Assembly (NCBI GenBank): GCA_010093815.1
Contig: ML996575.1
Direction: 5' to 3' (one strand)
Source: Pseudovirgaria hyperparasitica
Taxonomy: Eukaryota
DNA length: 64,000 nt
Shown: positions 36,361 through 50,871 of the stretch, piece after piece
Numbering within the stretch: position 1 is the first letter of the stretch
Layout: each line of letters starts with the position of its first letter
The notes under the pieces: model-generated
What the model was told of the DNA's origin: nothing
The model's input: only the letters and a program-made list of their open reading frames with translations
The model's database searches: none
Translations under genes and position numbers: made by a program

Positions 36361-37884
36361 AGGTGCTGAGGCAACACCACGCCACTTATGGAAAAAATAA
36401 GCTTCATTCGCTTCAACGACGCCATGACATTTATAGAGTGAGCGGTATGTCTTGAATGAACACCAACCAGTCTTCTTAGCCGTAAGAAGCATAGCGCCAG
36501 CGCATCCAATCCATACTCTGTAGCATCTCATGAGGAGAATAACGGACCGGAAGGTGATTTGACGGCAGATTGCGCTTTGACTATGGCCAGCTGTTCGCTC
36601 CTCATCAACCGTGTTCTTGCGAGTACTTCCGGTCGATTGCTAGAGTATCGGGTTTGATACTGCCTTGATCCTTGACCTGCTGTAAATCGCCGGTGCCTTA
36701 TCCCTAGACTTCGAGGAAACAATGTTCGGAGTGGCCGTCGCATGATGCACACCATCAAGCAGACTGACTTTGAAGTTCGAGAGTCTCATACTCTGGCAGC
36801 GAGATGCCAGCGTCATGATTTATGTCTTCGTTGAGGCGGATATAGACGGCGTTAAGAACTCTGATCTTGCTTCATTCCCATCCCATCGCGTAAGCTGTGG
36901 TCTGAGTCACAGTAGACCTGATGAGCTGGTAGCGATGATGATTAGACCGAAAGTTGGACAGCCTCATGTCTATGTGGTTCATTCGGGACTTCTAATATCT
37001 GGAGGAAGGTCAGATGAGGTTGGATTTCACGTTCATATGCGGGGTCTTGGCGATGCATCTGAAAACCTGAAGCTTAACCTGCTGCCGCCGCGCAGCCAGA
37101 GATTAGAGGGGGCTGAAGACCGCCCTCCATCTCTGCCTCATGTATCCTGTCGTAACCATTCCTCTATTCATATTCCACGAATCTCTGTCTATCCGGGGAA
37201 TCACTGCTCTTATCGTCCGATCCTATAAGCACCACCACTGCCCGCATTCGTCGACTCTGCCAAGCCCTCCGCTTTCGACCATCAGCTTGAATCGTTAGCA
37301 AACCCATTGCCACACAAAGCGCGTAACGTACGGATTGATCGCTGTTTTCCAACAACACACCAACATCGTCATTGGTCAGGCAAGAGCAGAGAGTACGATA
37401 CTCATATAAGGTGGAGCCTGCGCTTCAAGTAGAACCTGACAGCCAGCTGCCAGGAGCAACAACAGGGCACCAAGACGAGGCTCGAGTGAGCAGCAGCTTC
37501 CACGAAAGCAAGCCCAACGGGATCTGTCGATGAACTTATCGATTTAGATTGCCTTAAGAACAAAACGACGTATTTGCGACACAAAAGGTTGCAAGCGCAA
37601 GCTGGGGAATCTCGGTCCTCTGGGTAGAGGGTGATTACGCAGTGCAAGCAAGACAACTCGCGCGAGAGTATATAAGGAGCTTAAGTCCGTTCAATTTGAG
37701 ATCCTTTTGATTTCTCAGGCCTTCCTCACCAACTCCCGACTTCGACTGTCGGCGCCACCACCCTGCAGGCAGTAAGTTGCCATAATAGCGGATCCATCCA
37801 CTCCACAAGGCGCTTAAGTCCGCTGTCTCCGAAACACTCTTCGACTCTTTGCGATACCAAACTATATCATCAAAGCAGAGCAAC

Positions 37885-40536
37885 ATGACGCCTACACCAC
37901 CATCTGCAAGCTCTTCGAGTGCTGGACAGTCTCCGGATGCTCGTTTTAGGGTCGTTCGGAAGCGCAATCGGGTACCATTATCGTGTGGACCCTGTAGACA
38001 TAGGAAGTGAGTCCTACACGTAAATGCTATCATCGGGATCAGAGGCTAAACAACAGTCAATAACAGGCTGAAATGCAACCGAGGACATCCATGCGATAAT
38101 TGTACAAAGCGCGGTGACATAGCGTCGTGCGCCTACGCTACTCCCGGAAGTCGAAAGAAGAGCACAAGCAGCAATACTAATACATCCCCAGACGATATGC
38201 AAAACAGAATAGACCGACTAGAGGGACTTGTGCTCTCGTTGATGACCAATGGATCACAATCTGCAGGACCCGTTGCTGCTGCTGCCGCCATTGCTGAAAA
38301 CAGCTTTGGCTCTGAGCCCGGAAGCAGTTCACTGAGCATCGACGTTGATGCGCCGGAGTCGATGAAAGAGGAGGGTGAAAACGACGAAAGCGACGTCGAA
38401 CAAGTCGCCAAGTCTATCGGAGTCATGAAAATGGATAACAATCGAACCATATTCGCGTCGGAGGCTCATTGGTACGCCATCCTGGGTGAAATCGCGGAGG
38501 TCAAAAACTACTATAATGAGAACAAGAAACAGTACGATGACCATCTGAAGCGTGTACAAGCTTCGCAAGGAACTGAAGCTCGACCCGGTATGACCTATCT
38601 CCTGGGCTCAACGAAGCCTGCCACACATGCAGAGATTCTGGCTTCCTTCCCGCCGAAGCAATCTGCTGATCTTTTAATCACTCGGTATTTCAATACCTAC
38701 GATCCTTCGCTACACATCGTACATGGTCCGACGTATCAGAAACAGTACGACCGCCATTGGCAGACTCCGTCAGAAACACCTGTGATATGGTTAGGGATGA
38801 GTTTTGCGATGATGTGCATCGCTTTGCAGTCATATCATCGAGCTGGTGACGAGCCTCCAGAATATTTTGGGACAAGCTGGCAACTATCTTCAGATTATCG
38901 GCGGCTTACTGCACAATGTTTAATCCTTGCGGATATCACACAACCAATTGCGCACATGCTGGAGACCCTCATCCTGCATGTCTATGGTGATTATGCGCGT
39001 AGCAGGGACGCTGAGTCTGGCATACTCACAAGCGTCACAATCATTACACGCCTTGCTATGCGTATGGGCTATCACCGGGATCCTGGTGCTTATCCAAACA
39101 TTTCAGCGTATGAGGCCGAAATGCGCCGTCGTCTTTGGTCTGCAGTGCGGATGTCCGATTTGCTCTTTTCTGCACAGGCTGGATTACCACCAATCGTGCG
39201 AACGCGAGACAGTAATACCGAGCTACCGCGAAACATATATGATGACGAGCTCTATGAAGGTATTGTAACTTTACCGCCCTCTCGACCAGCGACAGAAATC
39301 ACTCCTGTGTCGTACCTCATTGCCAAGTCTCGAGCTCTCTTCCTTTTCGGCACGGTTATAGAAGAGGTCCATTCGCTAGCACACTCTCAGTATGAAGACA
39401 TCATGAAACTCGATCAGCGGATACGAGAAATGCAGACCACCATAGCGCCCCATTTAAGAATGAGATCGATTGAAGAATCTGCCAGAGACACCTCAAGTCT
39501 CATCATGCAACGATTTTCACTGGATCTTCTCAATCTTAAGAGCATCACTTTACTCCACCGCAAATACCAAGGACCTTCACGCCACAACCCTCGCTTTGCA
39601 TACTCTAGACGAGCGTGCATAGACGCAGCTATGACTATCCTGAAGCATCAGGCAGCGCTTCATGACGCATGCCGCCCTGGTGGCCGACTTCGCAGCACGA
39701 AATGGTTTATCTCATCCCTGAATACTCACGATTTTTTCCTTGCCGCGATGATCGTCGCCCTCGACCTCTACCACACTGTCGAAGCTGAGCGATCAGGTCG
39801 GACAACCTCGAACGAAGTCTACATGTTCTCCAACGATCGGCGGTCGGAGATGCTATCAGCCATCGAGCGCAGCGCGCAAATCTGGGACGGACTAAAGGAC
39901 GGCTCCATGGAAGCTTTCAAAGCGAACGCGACTCTCACAGCCATGATCAACACCCTCAAAGCTCGTTCCAACATCCGATCAAATTCATCATTTGCGCCGA
40001 CCAATGGCGCATTCGCTGGCACTACGGGTCTTGATGACCCCAACATTGCACCCGAACATTCAGCCGCCATGACTCTCGGCATGCTTTCAACGGGTGCTCT
40101 CACGCCCAATTCGGCTGCTTTGTTCGACGCTAAAGCCGCTTATCCGACACCCAATATGGCGAATGACCTCCCGATGCCACAACAGCCCCAAACTGGCGAC
40201 CTAGCGCCTGGAAATTTTGCCACCGAGGGTGCCATGCGTGCAGCCTCACCGTTCAGCTCTTTGTTCGGATCCAGTCTGGCGTTCCAGGGCATGGAGGCGC
40301 CCACCAACGATGTCAACTGGGACGCCTGGGACAACTACATTCAAGGTGCTAGCATGGACATCAACAACATGTGGCCAATCGAGGGTACGGGGATGCCTAC
40401 ACCTATCCCGGATGATGGCATGGGCGGTCAGCAAATCCATCAGCAAGCGCAGAACCATGCGAACAATTTATTTGCACAAGGCAATAATGTGAGCTTGTAT
40501 CCTGAAATGCAGGAACCGGGTCATACTGGACTTTGA
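37885..40536 (+). CDS. Zn(II)2Cys6 transcription factor with fungal-specific middle domain (intron ~38007-38067)
   Basis: RKRNRVPLSCGPCRHRK|LKCNRGHPCDNCTKRGDIASC; AMRMGYHRDP...EAEMRRRLW. Confidence 0.93.
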
Positions 40537-41444
40537 GGAGCGATGCCTTGCATGTTTTAATTCGATTTTGTCTCTATTAGCAGCGTGACATAAGCCTCGA
40601 TTGGATGGAGCGAGATACGCGCGGGATATGAAAGCCTATATGCTGAAGCAATGCCAATCAAGAGCATTAGCAAGACGGGCTGGCCTGAAACCAAAGAGCG
40701 AAGATGCTCCAAAATTACATCGTCGTGTATTATAATCTAGACCGAGGCTCGCAGTGCGAATTCAATGATACCACTCCCTTTAGGGGCATCTCCCCCCACC
40801 ATTAATGTTTCTTATAGATAGACATATGTGCTTGCGTGAAGCCAATGCAAACATTCTTGCGCCCTAGAGTTCGATATTGATACACTTCATCCGCCAGTAC
40901 TGGATTAAATCAGATTAATGACGTGGAATGGTGACGGTGTATGTAAAAGGAAATGTGGAGCACTGTGACTTCTCTCCGCTCATGCCGGTCGACACTTTTA
41001 CGAAACTGAATATCTGCCGTTGGATAAGATAGAGATAAGTTTGCTAGAGACTCGTGGATCGCTATTTTGTAAGCCTGAGCGGCCATGCCTTCGAGGATAG
41101 CAATCAGCCAATGACAAGACTGTCTAGAGAAGCCAAAACTGGGGTTTTTGTCAAAAAGGCAACTATGTATATTTTTAAGTATTTGGTGTATGTGGAGTCG
41201 AGAACGATTCGATGAGGCTGAGCCAGAAGCGAATACGCTCGATCATACACACCCCCATACATTCAATCCCGATACGCAACTAGCGCGAACCAGCGGTATC
41301 CGCATCGGGAAATCATTTCCTAACTATATTATATATAAATACCCAAGATACCAGATACCAGTTTTGTAGATCTGCATATCTTCGAATTATTCCCTATTTC
41401 CCATACATATACAGCCCGTCTCGTAGAACACGCACACGCACACA

Positions 41445-41941
41445 ATGTCTTCCACTGAGTCCACCGGCAACACAATCGTCGCCTCAACCCAACCGACAGC
41501 CTCAACACCGCTCACAACCCACGCCGGCAGCTGCCACTGCGGCACCGTCACCTTCACCGTGCGCAGCCCGGCGTTTCCAGGCCAGGTTGTTGTCTCGTGC
41601 AACTGCAGCATATGTTCCACGCATGGCTATCTGCTCATCTATCGGCCGCATGAAGATTTCGTCTTTACTGCTGGGGAGGACAGACTTAGGGTGTACTCGT
41701 TTCCGGGCGTGCATAAGGGGAAGATTGGGCATTGGTTTTGTCCGGAGTGTGGGACGAGTGTGTATGCGGCGAGTACGGATCCGGGGTATCATGGGGCTGG
41801 GTTCAAGGCTGTTAATGTGAGTGTCTCTCCGGGTGGTGCAAGGGTGAGAGTGGAGGGGCTGATTGTGTGTAGGTGAGGACGTTGAAGGATGTGGACTTGA
41901 GGAGTTTGGAGCTCAAGCTTGTTGATGGCAGGTCTTTGTAG
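41445..41941 (+). CDS. GFA/CENP-V (Mss4-like) zinc-binding protein (intron ~41817-41872)
   Basis: GSCHCG, CNCSIC, FCPECG, AVN|VRTL. Confidence 0.88.
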
Positions 41942-42139
41942 GTTTCGATCGATGGGAGTGATGAGACTTGAGCGAGGACTGGCGTTGTTGTGGATTGTAC
42001 CCCGAGGAAGGTACGCTGTCGAAACGAGGGGAATTGTAGGAGTTCTGCCAGGCTTGAGGTTATGTATGAAGAGAAACTCTGATACTGTAATACTACGTGC
42101 CAGACACTGAGTCGAAGTTGGGTGACAGAAGAAAGGCAT

Positions 42140-43189
42140 TCAGGATTTCTTTTCATATTTCCTTGTTCTATGCATTCTCTCTTCATAGCCCGCACTCTCT
42201 CCTGTATGCCCTTCCTTCCAACAGCTGCGACAGTAGAGATCGCCATCACATCCAGTACATTTCAGAGTTGCGTCATCATTGCATATAATGCACCACGACT
42301 CAATCTCATCGTCCGTGAACTTTGGTAGTGACTTTGTGACTTTAGTGGGTTTCTTCGAAAGAGCAAATGAGGGAGCTGAAGGTAACGACAGTGCGTTCAG
42401 ACGTGCTGTGAGGGCATTATCAATGTCTTCCTTTGTAGGCGTGTCAACAGGCTGCGTGGATGGTGCCGATGGAAGCGAGAGAGGAGTTTGCGAGCTGTCT
42501 GGTTGGATATCGGAACTTGTATCCATATGTCCCTTCGAGTCCTCTTCAGCATGTTCTTCATCTTCACCTATTCCATCTTCCTCGCCCCCGTATTTCTGGT
42601 CCATCTCCAATTCGGCGAGGACTTTGGCCACATACTCGTCTGCGTCTCTTTCGTCCTGTTCATCCTCATGCTCCTCACTATCCTCACCATCACTACCTCC
42701 AGTCTCTTCCATCTCTCCTATGTTTCCACCCTTTCTACCAGGCTGCAATCTCGGCACATCCGGAATTACTCTCCTCGCCTCCTCCACTAATTTCCCCAGG
42801 TCTTGGGCTTCACCTCTTCCCACCATCCACTCTTGACTATCGCCCGGTCCCAGCTCTCTCAATAGCTCCTCAAGCGTCTTCTCATCATCACAATCCCTCG
42901 AGCCACCCGTAAATGCCGTCTCAATCTCAATATCATCGCCGTCGGCACCAAGAGGCTGCGCGACGCGTCGTTGGTTCGCCTTGGCTTTTTCCTTGCCTGG
43001 ATTACCAAGCGCTTTGAAACGCGCGGCAAGATCTATGATCGGATCTGAATCGGGCTCGGCGAGATCTGACGTGATGTCGGGTATTGCGTCAGGCCTGGTG
43101 GAAAGCACGGACTTGGATGTGGAGAGATTGATGGGCGTCTGTTTGAGCGCGTTCAAGCGTGCGAGGAGATCATCGTCAGTCGAAGGCAT
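42140..43189 (-). CDS. ANCHR/ZFYVE19-like protein with C-terminal zinc finger
   Basis: Repeated L.ARL.AL motifs, acidic linker, WCIICNDDATLKCTGCDGDLYCRSCWKEGH. Confidence 0.75.
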   Translation of the reverse strand: MPSTDDDLLARLNALKQTPINLSTSKSVLSTRPDAIPDITSDLAEPDSDPIIDLAARFKALGNPGKEKAKANQRRVAQPLGADGDDIEIETAFTGGSRDCDDEKTLEELLRELGPGDSQEWMVGRGEAQDLGKLVEEARRVIPDVPRLQPGRKGGNIGEMEETGGSDGEDSEEHEDEQDERDADEYVAKVLAELEMDQKYGGEEDGIGEDEEHAEEDSKGHMDTSSDIQPDSSQTPLSLPSAPSTQPVDTPTKEDIDNALTARLNALSLPSAPSFALSKKPTKVTKSLPKFTDDEIESWCIICNDDATLKCTGCDGDLYCRSCWKEGHTGESAGYEERMHRTRKYEKKS

Positions 43190-43431
43190 ATCTGCAGAGT
43201 CGCTTGGCTCTAGTAGCTTTCATCCGTAGTCTTTTGACATTGCGTCAAGTCAGGCTTCGTAGCAGGTTACAGGTTGTGAGAAGTTGAGGTTGGAGGGGTT
43301 GAAATGTGGTGGCGGCGGCGGCGGCGGAGCGGGGCGGAATAATCACTAACGCTCAGACCTCAAGAGATATGTATTATAGGTGACAACTGTCTTAGGTATA
43401 TTACGACATTTTGCTTTAGTACAGTAAAAAC

Positions 43432-45430
43432 TCATCCCGTTTTGATCAGCCAAAAGTACCAAGCAAAGGCAACACCTCCAACCTTTACTAAGCTCCATGA
43501 GAACTCCGCCCAGAGCAGCGCTAACCCCCTTTTTTTCTTCTTCTGGGTGGTATGCTTAGCAGTCACCCTCGTCTCTCTTTTCGTAGGGCCGAAGTTGCCA
43601 GCATGGTTGATGAGTGGATATGTATAGGTTGATTTCGCAGAACTGCCAGAACGCTCACGAGCGTAGCCATTACGTGCGTTGAGCACCGACCTATTTTCGG
43701 CGGACGTCGAACCGTTCACAGATTTGTCTTCTGCGTAGGAAGACTGTCGGCTATGATGGATTTCAGTCTTTTCAAACTCTGCCGACGACATTGCCTTGCT
43801 GGAGGTCGGTAGGATACTACTCGAATCTAGTGGTGTGTTGATTGACCCTGGTAAGCGCCCGACCATGACAAGCGCAGCCCGTAGAAGAAGGCAAGCGAAC
43901 GTGATGACCACGAGAGTGACATATTGTAGAAAGATACCAAGTTGGTCTGGGAGCAAGCACTGATGGGTCTGGATCGTGTTGCTACTCCCAACTTCGCTCT
44001 CCAGAGTATTCCCGTACTTGTCGATAGGGTTCCACATGCTAAGCATAAGAATACCTGGGAGTCGTACACCCATCGCCCAAGATATGGATTTCACAGTAAT
44101 CTCGCGAATGCCCTTTCCCGCAGAAGAGTATCTGCGGTGGACCACTTCGCAGTAGTCATGGTCATCTCCCGAGAATGCGTACGATATGTTACCAACTTTC
44201 TCCGTAACCTCTTTTGATATCTGTTCAGTCAGAACGTTCTGGTATTGATACCCTGCGCTAACAGAAATGGCATTTCTATGATCTGGATAAACCGGTTCCG
44301 TCTGGCCTTTGGGTGGTGGTGTCGGGGGATGACGTTCTCGCATAGGACCACATGGCTCCCCTGGAGATCTGTACAACGGAACATGAGTAAGTAAGATCGT
44401 TGGGAAGCCCGGCGGATCTTCTTGAAATTCGGGCAGCATGTTGCTCGCCAGATCATCCGTATCTACTAGCTCGTGTTTATAAAGCTGTACGGTGTTAAGA
44501 CCTTGTTGACGCCTGAGCTCTCGAATGACTGCACGCTTCTTTGTGCTTTGGACGTTATCCAGAAATTCCTGTACGGGTTTCCATATCTGTTCGTCTGTAG
44601 TTGAAGTCGAGCCTTTGGCACTGAGAGAGACTGAGTCAAGGGAAACAAATGTATGATTCGCAATGACATCGACCCTGCTACCTTCACCAAAATAAGCTTG
44701 AAATCTTTTCCTCACAGAAGTCTGTATCCCGCTCGCGAATCCCAGGTCGTGGTTCCCCGGTAGACTGTCGATCAGCTTACGCCCGGGTTGGCCTTCTCTT
44801 GGAACGACGCCCGACTTCGTCCAAGCTGGATAGAAAAGTTTCCCAAATCTATCATACTCTTTCAACCAAAACTTTTGTCCGTATTGTCGCCATTGCACCT
44901 CTTCGCTTTTGGTAGTTGTTGTGGACCATTCCCGGCCGCCATCAAAAAGATCTCCGAGGAAAAACACAGTATCAGGGTATAGAACATTGTTGATTCTGGT
45001 CCATGCACGATGAATGTAGTTATCGGTATGTAAAGTGGTGAAAGTGGACAGAGGCCACGGACGTCCGGGGTAGGTATGCGGATCAACTAACTGTGGATCT
45101 GCCACGAAGGCGAGTCTGTGGGGTTTGGCATTTGACGGCTATACACCAAATTAGTACATGATTTTGGTCCAGTCTTATGTGAGATGTACTCACCCATTGC
45201 TCCCATGTATCCCAGTCGCACGAAGCAACACTGCGATCGAAGACAGTCCGCTCACCCCAGTGTAATGTCCATATCCATAGCACAACCAAAACCGGAATAG
45301 CTCCTACAAGATCTCGTGCATTCCACCGTCTCTTTGCGTTTATGAGATTCCTCCGAATGAAGCGATATCCTATGCGGAGGAAGTCTGATGGCTCCGAGAA
45401 GGACGGACGTGAGCCTCCATGGCCGTTCAT
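43432..45430 (-). CDS. CDC1: Cdc1-type Mn2+-dependent metallophosphoesterase (GPI remodelling), one intron
   Basis: ADPQLVD, FLGDLFDGGR, PGNHDLG, LLTHVPL, FSGDDHDYC, C-terminal transmembrane segments. Confidence 0.88.
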
Positions 45431-45876
45431 GTTAGACTATGTAGTCGCTGGTGCACTTGTGCAGCATTTTCTGGGACTCGGAACAAGGATGCAGGATCTT
45501 GGTGTCGCAAGAAGCTTTGTAGATTACGTGGACGGGAGACGCGGACCTATTGTCCTACGGAGCAGGTATCGATAGCGGCTGCATGAGATCTAAAGTTGAT
45601 GCATGCAACAAAAGTACAACAGCCGTCGAGCTATGTTCAATCAATCACATTTTGTTATTGAGGATTATTGATTTTCATCCCAACAATTGCGCTCAGAGTT
45701 GTGCATTGGTATAGATCTGCTACATGTGCAACAAATGCGCGCGATTCCACGGCTCCAAAGCCTCCAATGGGAAAGTAACGGCACAAACATCAACCAAAAC
45801 GCCCCCACGGGTTCCCAAAATACTTCGAGTCGCAGTCTGCCGCTGAAGCGAGACTTTCTGGCCCTATGAATTAGGG

Positions 45877-47438
45877 TCATGATTTGAAGATCAACTTGAA
45901 CTTGAACGTAATCGCAAATGCAGGGTCCGAGATAGCCACCTCTTCACCATCCGTAAGTAGCTCCGAAAGCTTCTTTGTCAAGTTGGGTCGCGTTTGCTGT
46001 TCGAGCGCCGGTGGTGACTGATAGTATATCGACTTCTCTTCTGAGCGAATCGTAGGTTTTTTAAGTTGTCTATGTCACGTCAGAAGCTGCGCCTTTCGGG
46101 GGATAGGATACTTACGCTTCAGGTCTTTCGGCTAAGCTGTCAATGAAGTCCTGGAGGATAGAATCTGGATCGACTACGAGGGGTTTTGCCAGATTTCCGC
46201 ACACTGGACAATCATCCTTCTTCATATGCTCAAAGGTATAAGTGTAGACACCTGCATCTCCAGTGTACATCATGTAGTTATTAGTGCCAGGAAAGCCCAA
46301 GAACGGGTTCGCATTCGTAGCAATCTTGAAAGCCTCGTTACAACAGCTTGCAGCTACAATGGCGTTTGTCGATGCAATCGCTGGAATGATGTTTTTGACA
46401 ACACCTTGCGTCATTGAATACGTGACTCCAGGTATGTTGAACTCTTGGGCTCGCTTCAAAGCCTTCTGATAAAGCCAGGTAATGTGCTCCGGGTCATCGG
46501 TATCAAGAGAGTCACCCTTGCGTTCCTCTTCCCATGCAATTATATGAGCCCACTCGATGCAATGCTGAGGTTGTCGTGGGATTGTTGCCAATGTGCATAG
46601 AGGCACAGCAGCTCTTGGGGCATTCATATCGAGTTGACATTCTATGCAGGAAGTCATGGTTGGGAAGATGACTTTCGCTTGACCTTTGAATCCTTCAGTG
46701 CCACCATCGATCAGAGGCTTCATGCTTTCCGGATTGTTTTCATCCACCATGCCAACCAGAGTAGCATTCATCCACCGCCGAGCCTCAACGCTATCCAGAC
46801 CACAAACGACCATGGTGAACTGGAGATAGTAGTCTTCATCCTTATCTTGGATCTTTCCGCAGAAAGGCGTGATCTTCACGCCCTTCACGCGCTTTTCCAC
46901 AAATTTAGCAGCAACTTCTGCTTTCGGCTTGCCTACATCGGCCTGCCGAAACAAAAACTGCCTGTTTAGATTGGATACGTCAATCGTATCTATCCGTGAA
47001 ATCAGTACATATCAGGTCTGCAGTGCAATGCGCGTACCCATGTCGATAACATGTATGTCCTTGAAGCCAGAGAGGGCGAGATTCTTCAGAATCTCACAGC
47101 CAAGGCCACCGGCGCCTCTGTCCAAAATGAGCGTGTGTATGCATGCTATGAATATCATATACAAACATGACTCTGTGGTCATTAGCACATCAGGATCACA
47201 AACAAAGCCATAGAAAGTGACGTGCGCACAATATCTTCGCACTCTGTAATGCTGATCTGACGGGTGGGCCTGGTTCCCAATCTGGATCTGTGAAAGGACC
47301 AGGTCGGCTCAGGATAGTATCAAGGTATTTCCTGTGAGTGTCAGCTGTCAGCTAGGAACGAAATTATACTAGATGCAAGTACCATCTCTGTTGCGACTCG
47401 GGACCAGTTGTCCGATCTGGCATTACTTCCTCTGTCAT
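45877..47438 (-). CDS. UBA3: NEDD8-activating enzyme E1 catalytic subunit, multi-exon with a 6-nt micro-exon
   Basis: [62 protein letters not shown]. Confidence 0.95.
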
Positions 47439-47740
47439 TTTTGAAGTTCTTTGTTTGAAACCAATACGCTCGCCGCTGTCACAGCTTCAATACCAGGCAG
47501 CTATCGCTATTTGGGGATAAGGAGCGGTCGCTTTATCGATAACGTCACGTGCTCACGCGTTAATGTGAAGTCTTGAAGTTGATCGTTTTATCTTCTTCGA
47601 AATTTCTATTCACAAATCGCTTACTACTATCAGCGCTTTCCGGACATACCAAAAAGCTGTTGACTTGCAGGAGCGTACCCCAGATCGCGTACCCAGATAT
47701 TAGTATATGACATCGAGCTATTGATGGCGTTAAGGACAAC

Positions 47741-50700
47741 ATGGATGACTTCCTTACGCCTGTCACGGTGACTAAGAGAGATAATAGTAGGGCCTTGCAT
47801 AATACTCCAGTCAAAGCCACTGTCAAGACCATCACCTCACCTCAGGATGCTCTGGCAATACTGCGCGCTCAACCTGATATTCATGCTTTGGAAACAGTGC
47901 TGGGATGGCTCAACAACGATCAGCCAGACTTCTCAATGGCTGATCCGGCTCCATCTTCATCTCAGATCATATATACCCTTGTCAATTCCACTCTTCCAGA
48001 CTACTGGCAGACTCTCGTGCAGTCCAGATCAAAGAATGTCCCGATCTTAGTGGGAGTGCTCCGCACTGTGAGCGGCTTAGGGGCTTTGCTTGCTCGACTA
48101 AGAACACTTATTACTCAGAGAGGACAGAAAGACGAGCCCAGAAACGCGGAAATCACAAGGCAGCATCTCGAGGACGCGGTCTCAATTCTTGCCAGCGTAC
48201 TCGATGGCAATCAAACTTCCAGAAAGATATATGACTCTCTACTATGTTCGGTCAAGAATGATATGAGACGTTCACTAGCGTGGAAGGAGTACATCGCACA
48301 GATCGCTGGTGGAAAGGTCTTGTCTGTCGTGGCCCAAGCGGAAGAAATACTAAAGAAGGGCTCAAAGCAGTATGACGGCTCTTGGCTCGCCGACGGCACT
48401 CGTTTTGCCGCATGGTTGGGGCATAACATTGCTGTAATGGTCTGCGCGGTAGAAGGAGAAAACCGGGCAGATATACAGATGGCAGCTGCTCGGTTGACTG
48501 GCAAGGCATTAAGTCTTGGGCATCGAAGTGTGTTGCTCGATACATCAGTTATGTTACGAAGCTGACATCAGGATAGATAGACTGGTGAAGGAAATAATCT
48601 CCATGGCTCTTGAGAACGGAAACCACATCTCGTTATCAGGCTGGATTCCCAAACTGCAGAACAATGAACAGTGCCGTTTTCTTGATAGCTGCCTGTCGGA
48701 CAGCATTCCACAGCTCATGGAAGCAAACGCACGTATACCGCTCGATGCTAGACCTAGAATCGCTGGTGCCGCAGCTCTCATTCAGACTCTGATATCGGAG
48801 TCTCCTATACTCAAAGACGCCCTTTCTTCTTGGCTCGTCAAGTGTTCGACTACGGGCGTAGACCCCTCTGTCCTGGTAATACGCGCTGTTGTTGCTATTG
48901 TTGCTCTGGATGAAGGTAACCTCAATTTTCCATCTCCAGGCTCGGTTGGACATCGCTGAAAATGAGCCAACAGATCGTCTGCAGACCTTAACGGAGAAGC
49001 TAATGGCTGATTTTGGGGACAGTCTCTATATCAGACATACCCCAATCCTTGTTCAAGAATGTAAGGCCTCTTTTGATCGCTATGTGGAGCCTCAACTTAC
49101 AGACCTCACTCAGGTCTGACCAGAACGCTCCTACTTTGCTTCGGACACATCCATCGTAAGCAATCGATGGCACTGTTCATGCTCGCGAGGTCGAGTACTC
49201 ACATGACGGCAATCTCAAACAGGCTTTCTGCCTCATCTCCGCGTGCCCGTTTCTTAGGCATGGCAGTTGGGCAAATCGTTTCGGGTCTTGTCGATAACTC
49301 TGAGACTGTCATGAAGTTTGACTTCGACGCTAGTGAGAAAGAAGATCTGGAAATGCTGCGTCAGTTAGTGAGCTTTGAAGATACCATTGGGAATGTGGAG
49401 GACTTGACTCAGGCTGGCTTGCCAAAGAAGGACAAAGGTATTGAAGCAAAGAAGCGCCCTGCAACGAAATCACAGACAGTTGCGAGAACCTCAACACAAA
49501 CCCAGATATCGGGTCCGCGCATTGTCGAAGTACTTGATGATTCAGACGAAGACGAAGATCTGGTACCGTATAGCAAACCCGATTCCGACCCTGAAGATGA
49601 GGACGATGACCCATCGATGGTCAAACGTGATAAACCGACTGCACCTGTGTAAGTGATCGACACCACTTGGATGAAGGGTCGCTCATGATATCTGCAGATA
49701 TATACGGGACCTCATGTCGAGTGTCCGCGATACAGAGAATTACGATCGACATATTCTGGCCTTCCGAGCAGCACCCGCACTGATACGCCGCAAGACAGGC
49801 TTCGGCAAGGAAGTCATAGATCACATAGGTGACCTTGCAGGGCTTTTTATTGGCTTGACCGATCATTTCGAACTCGATGAGGAGTTTGATGAGGTTCGTC
49901 AGCAGGCTTTGATCGCCATCTTGCTTGCTCAACCTGCATCGATCGGCAAAGTATACGCAAGGGCTTACTTCGAAGGAGAATATTCTATTAGCCAACGTCT
50001 AGCAATTTTGAGTGCAATGGGACTAGGGGCAAGGGAATTGGCTGGCTTCGAAGACTTTGAGCAAGACCAAAAGATCAAAGAGGCGTCGAAAGCCTTCCCT
50101 TCTAAAAAGTTGCCGCCTCATCTCCACCAAATCTACGCAGATGAAAGCCAGCCGGTGGCCGCTCTGTCCAGACGTCTTGAGCAGATGATGATCAAGCCGA
50201 TGGCTCTGCAAGCTGCCGATAAGGCCTCGGGTCCCAACATCCTCAAAGTACGAACGTTTTCATCTCGGATGGAAGTAGAGAAGAAGCGCAAGAAACCTAT
50301 TGCAAACGAGCTAGCAAAGGTCGTCGCCCAGAGTTTCTTCTTCCCTTTGACTGGGCGGTGGTGGTCGCATGTTCAGGCATAGTATGTCACTTCCCCCAAT
50401 ATACTTCTTCCGTCAAGATATTAACCTGCAATTTCTAGCGGCCCTTCAACTATTCAATCGACACCTCACTTACTGCCCACCTACCTCCGAACGCTCTCAC
50501 TCCTACTGCACTCGTCAGGCCCGTCTACCCTCTCGCTGCCATCGATGACGTCCGAATTCTGGGATCTTCTTCTGTCGCTTCGGACCGTTGCAACGGGCGA
50601 CATAACTATCATGGAGGCTATGCTATTCTCCATTCTGACTCTACTAGATGTGAACGAAGACCATAGGCGGATCGCACAGGAGCATCCGAAAGAGCTGCTA

Positions 50701-50871
50701 GAGACGCAAGTCTGGGTGAAGGGTGTATGGGAAGCGATGGGCAAGGGGTCAGAGGGGAGCCAAGATGAACGTGTCAGAATGCTTGCTGCCAGCATATTGG
50801 TCAGAAGTCAGGAGGTCGTTGAAAAGTACCAGAGGATGCTTATGGGAGATATGATGGTACTGGACAAGTGA
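47741..50871 (+). CDS. TEL2: Telomere length regulation protein Tel2 (TTT complex), multi-exon
   Basis: ISNRLSASSPRARFLGM, KPDSDPEDEDDDP...PTAPV|YIRDL, YSISQRLAILSAMGLGARELAG, FFFPL. Confidence 0.88.
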
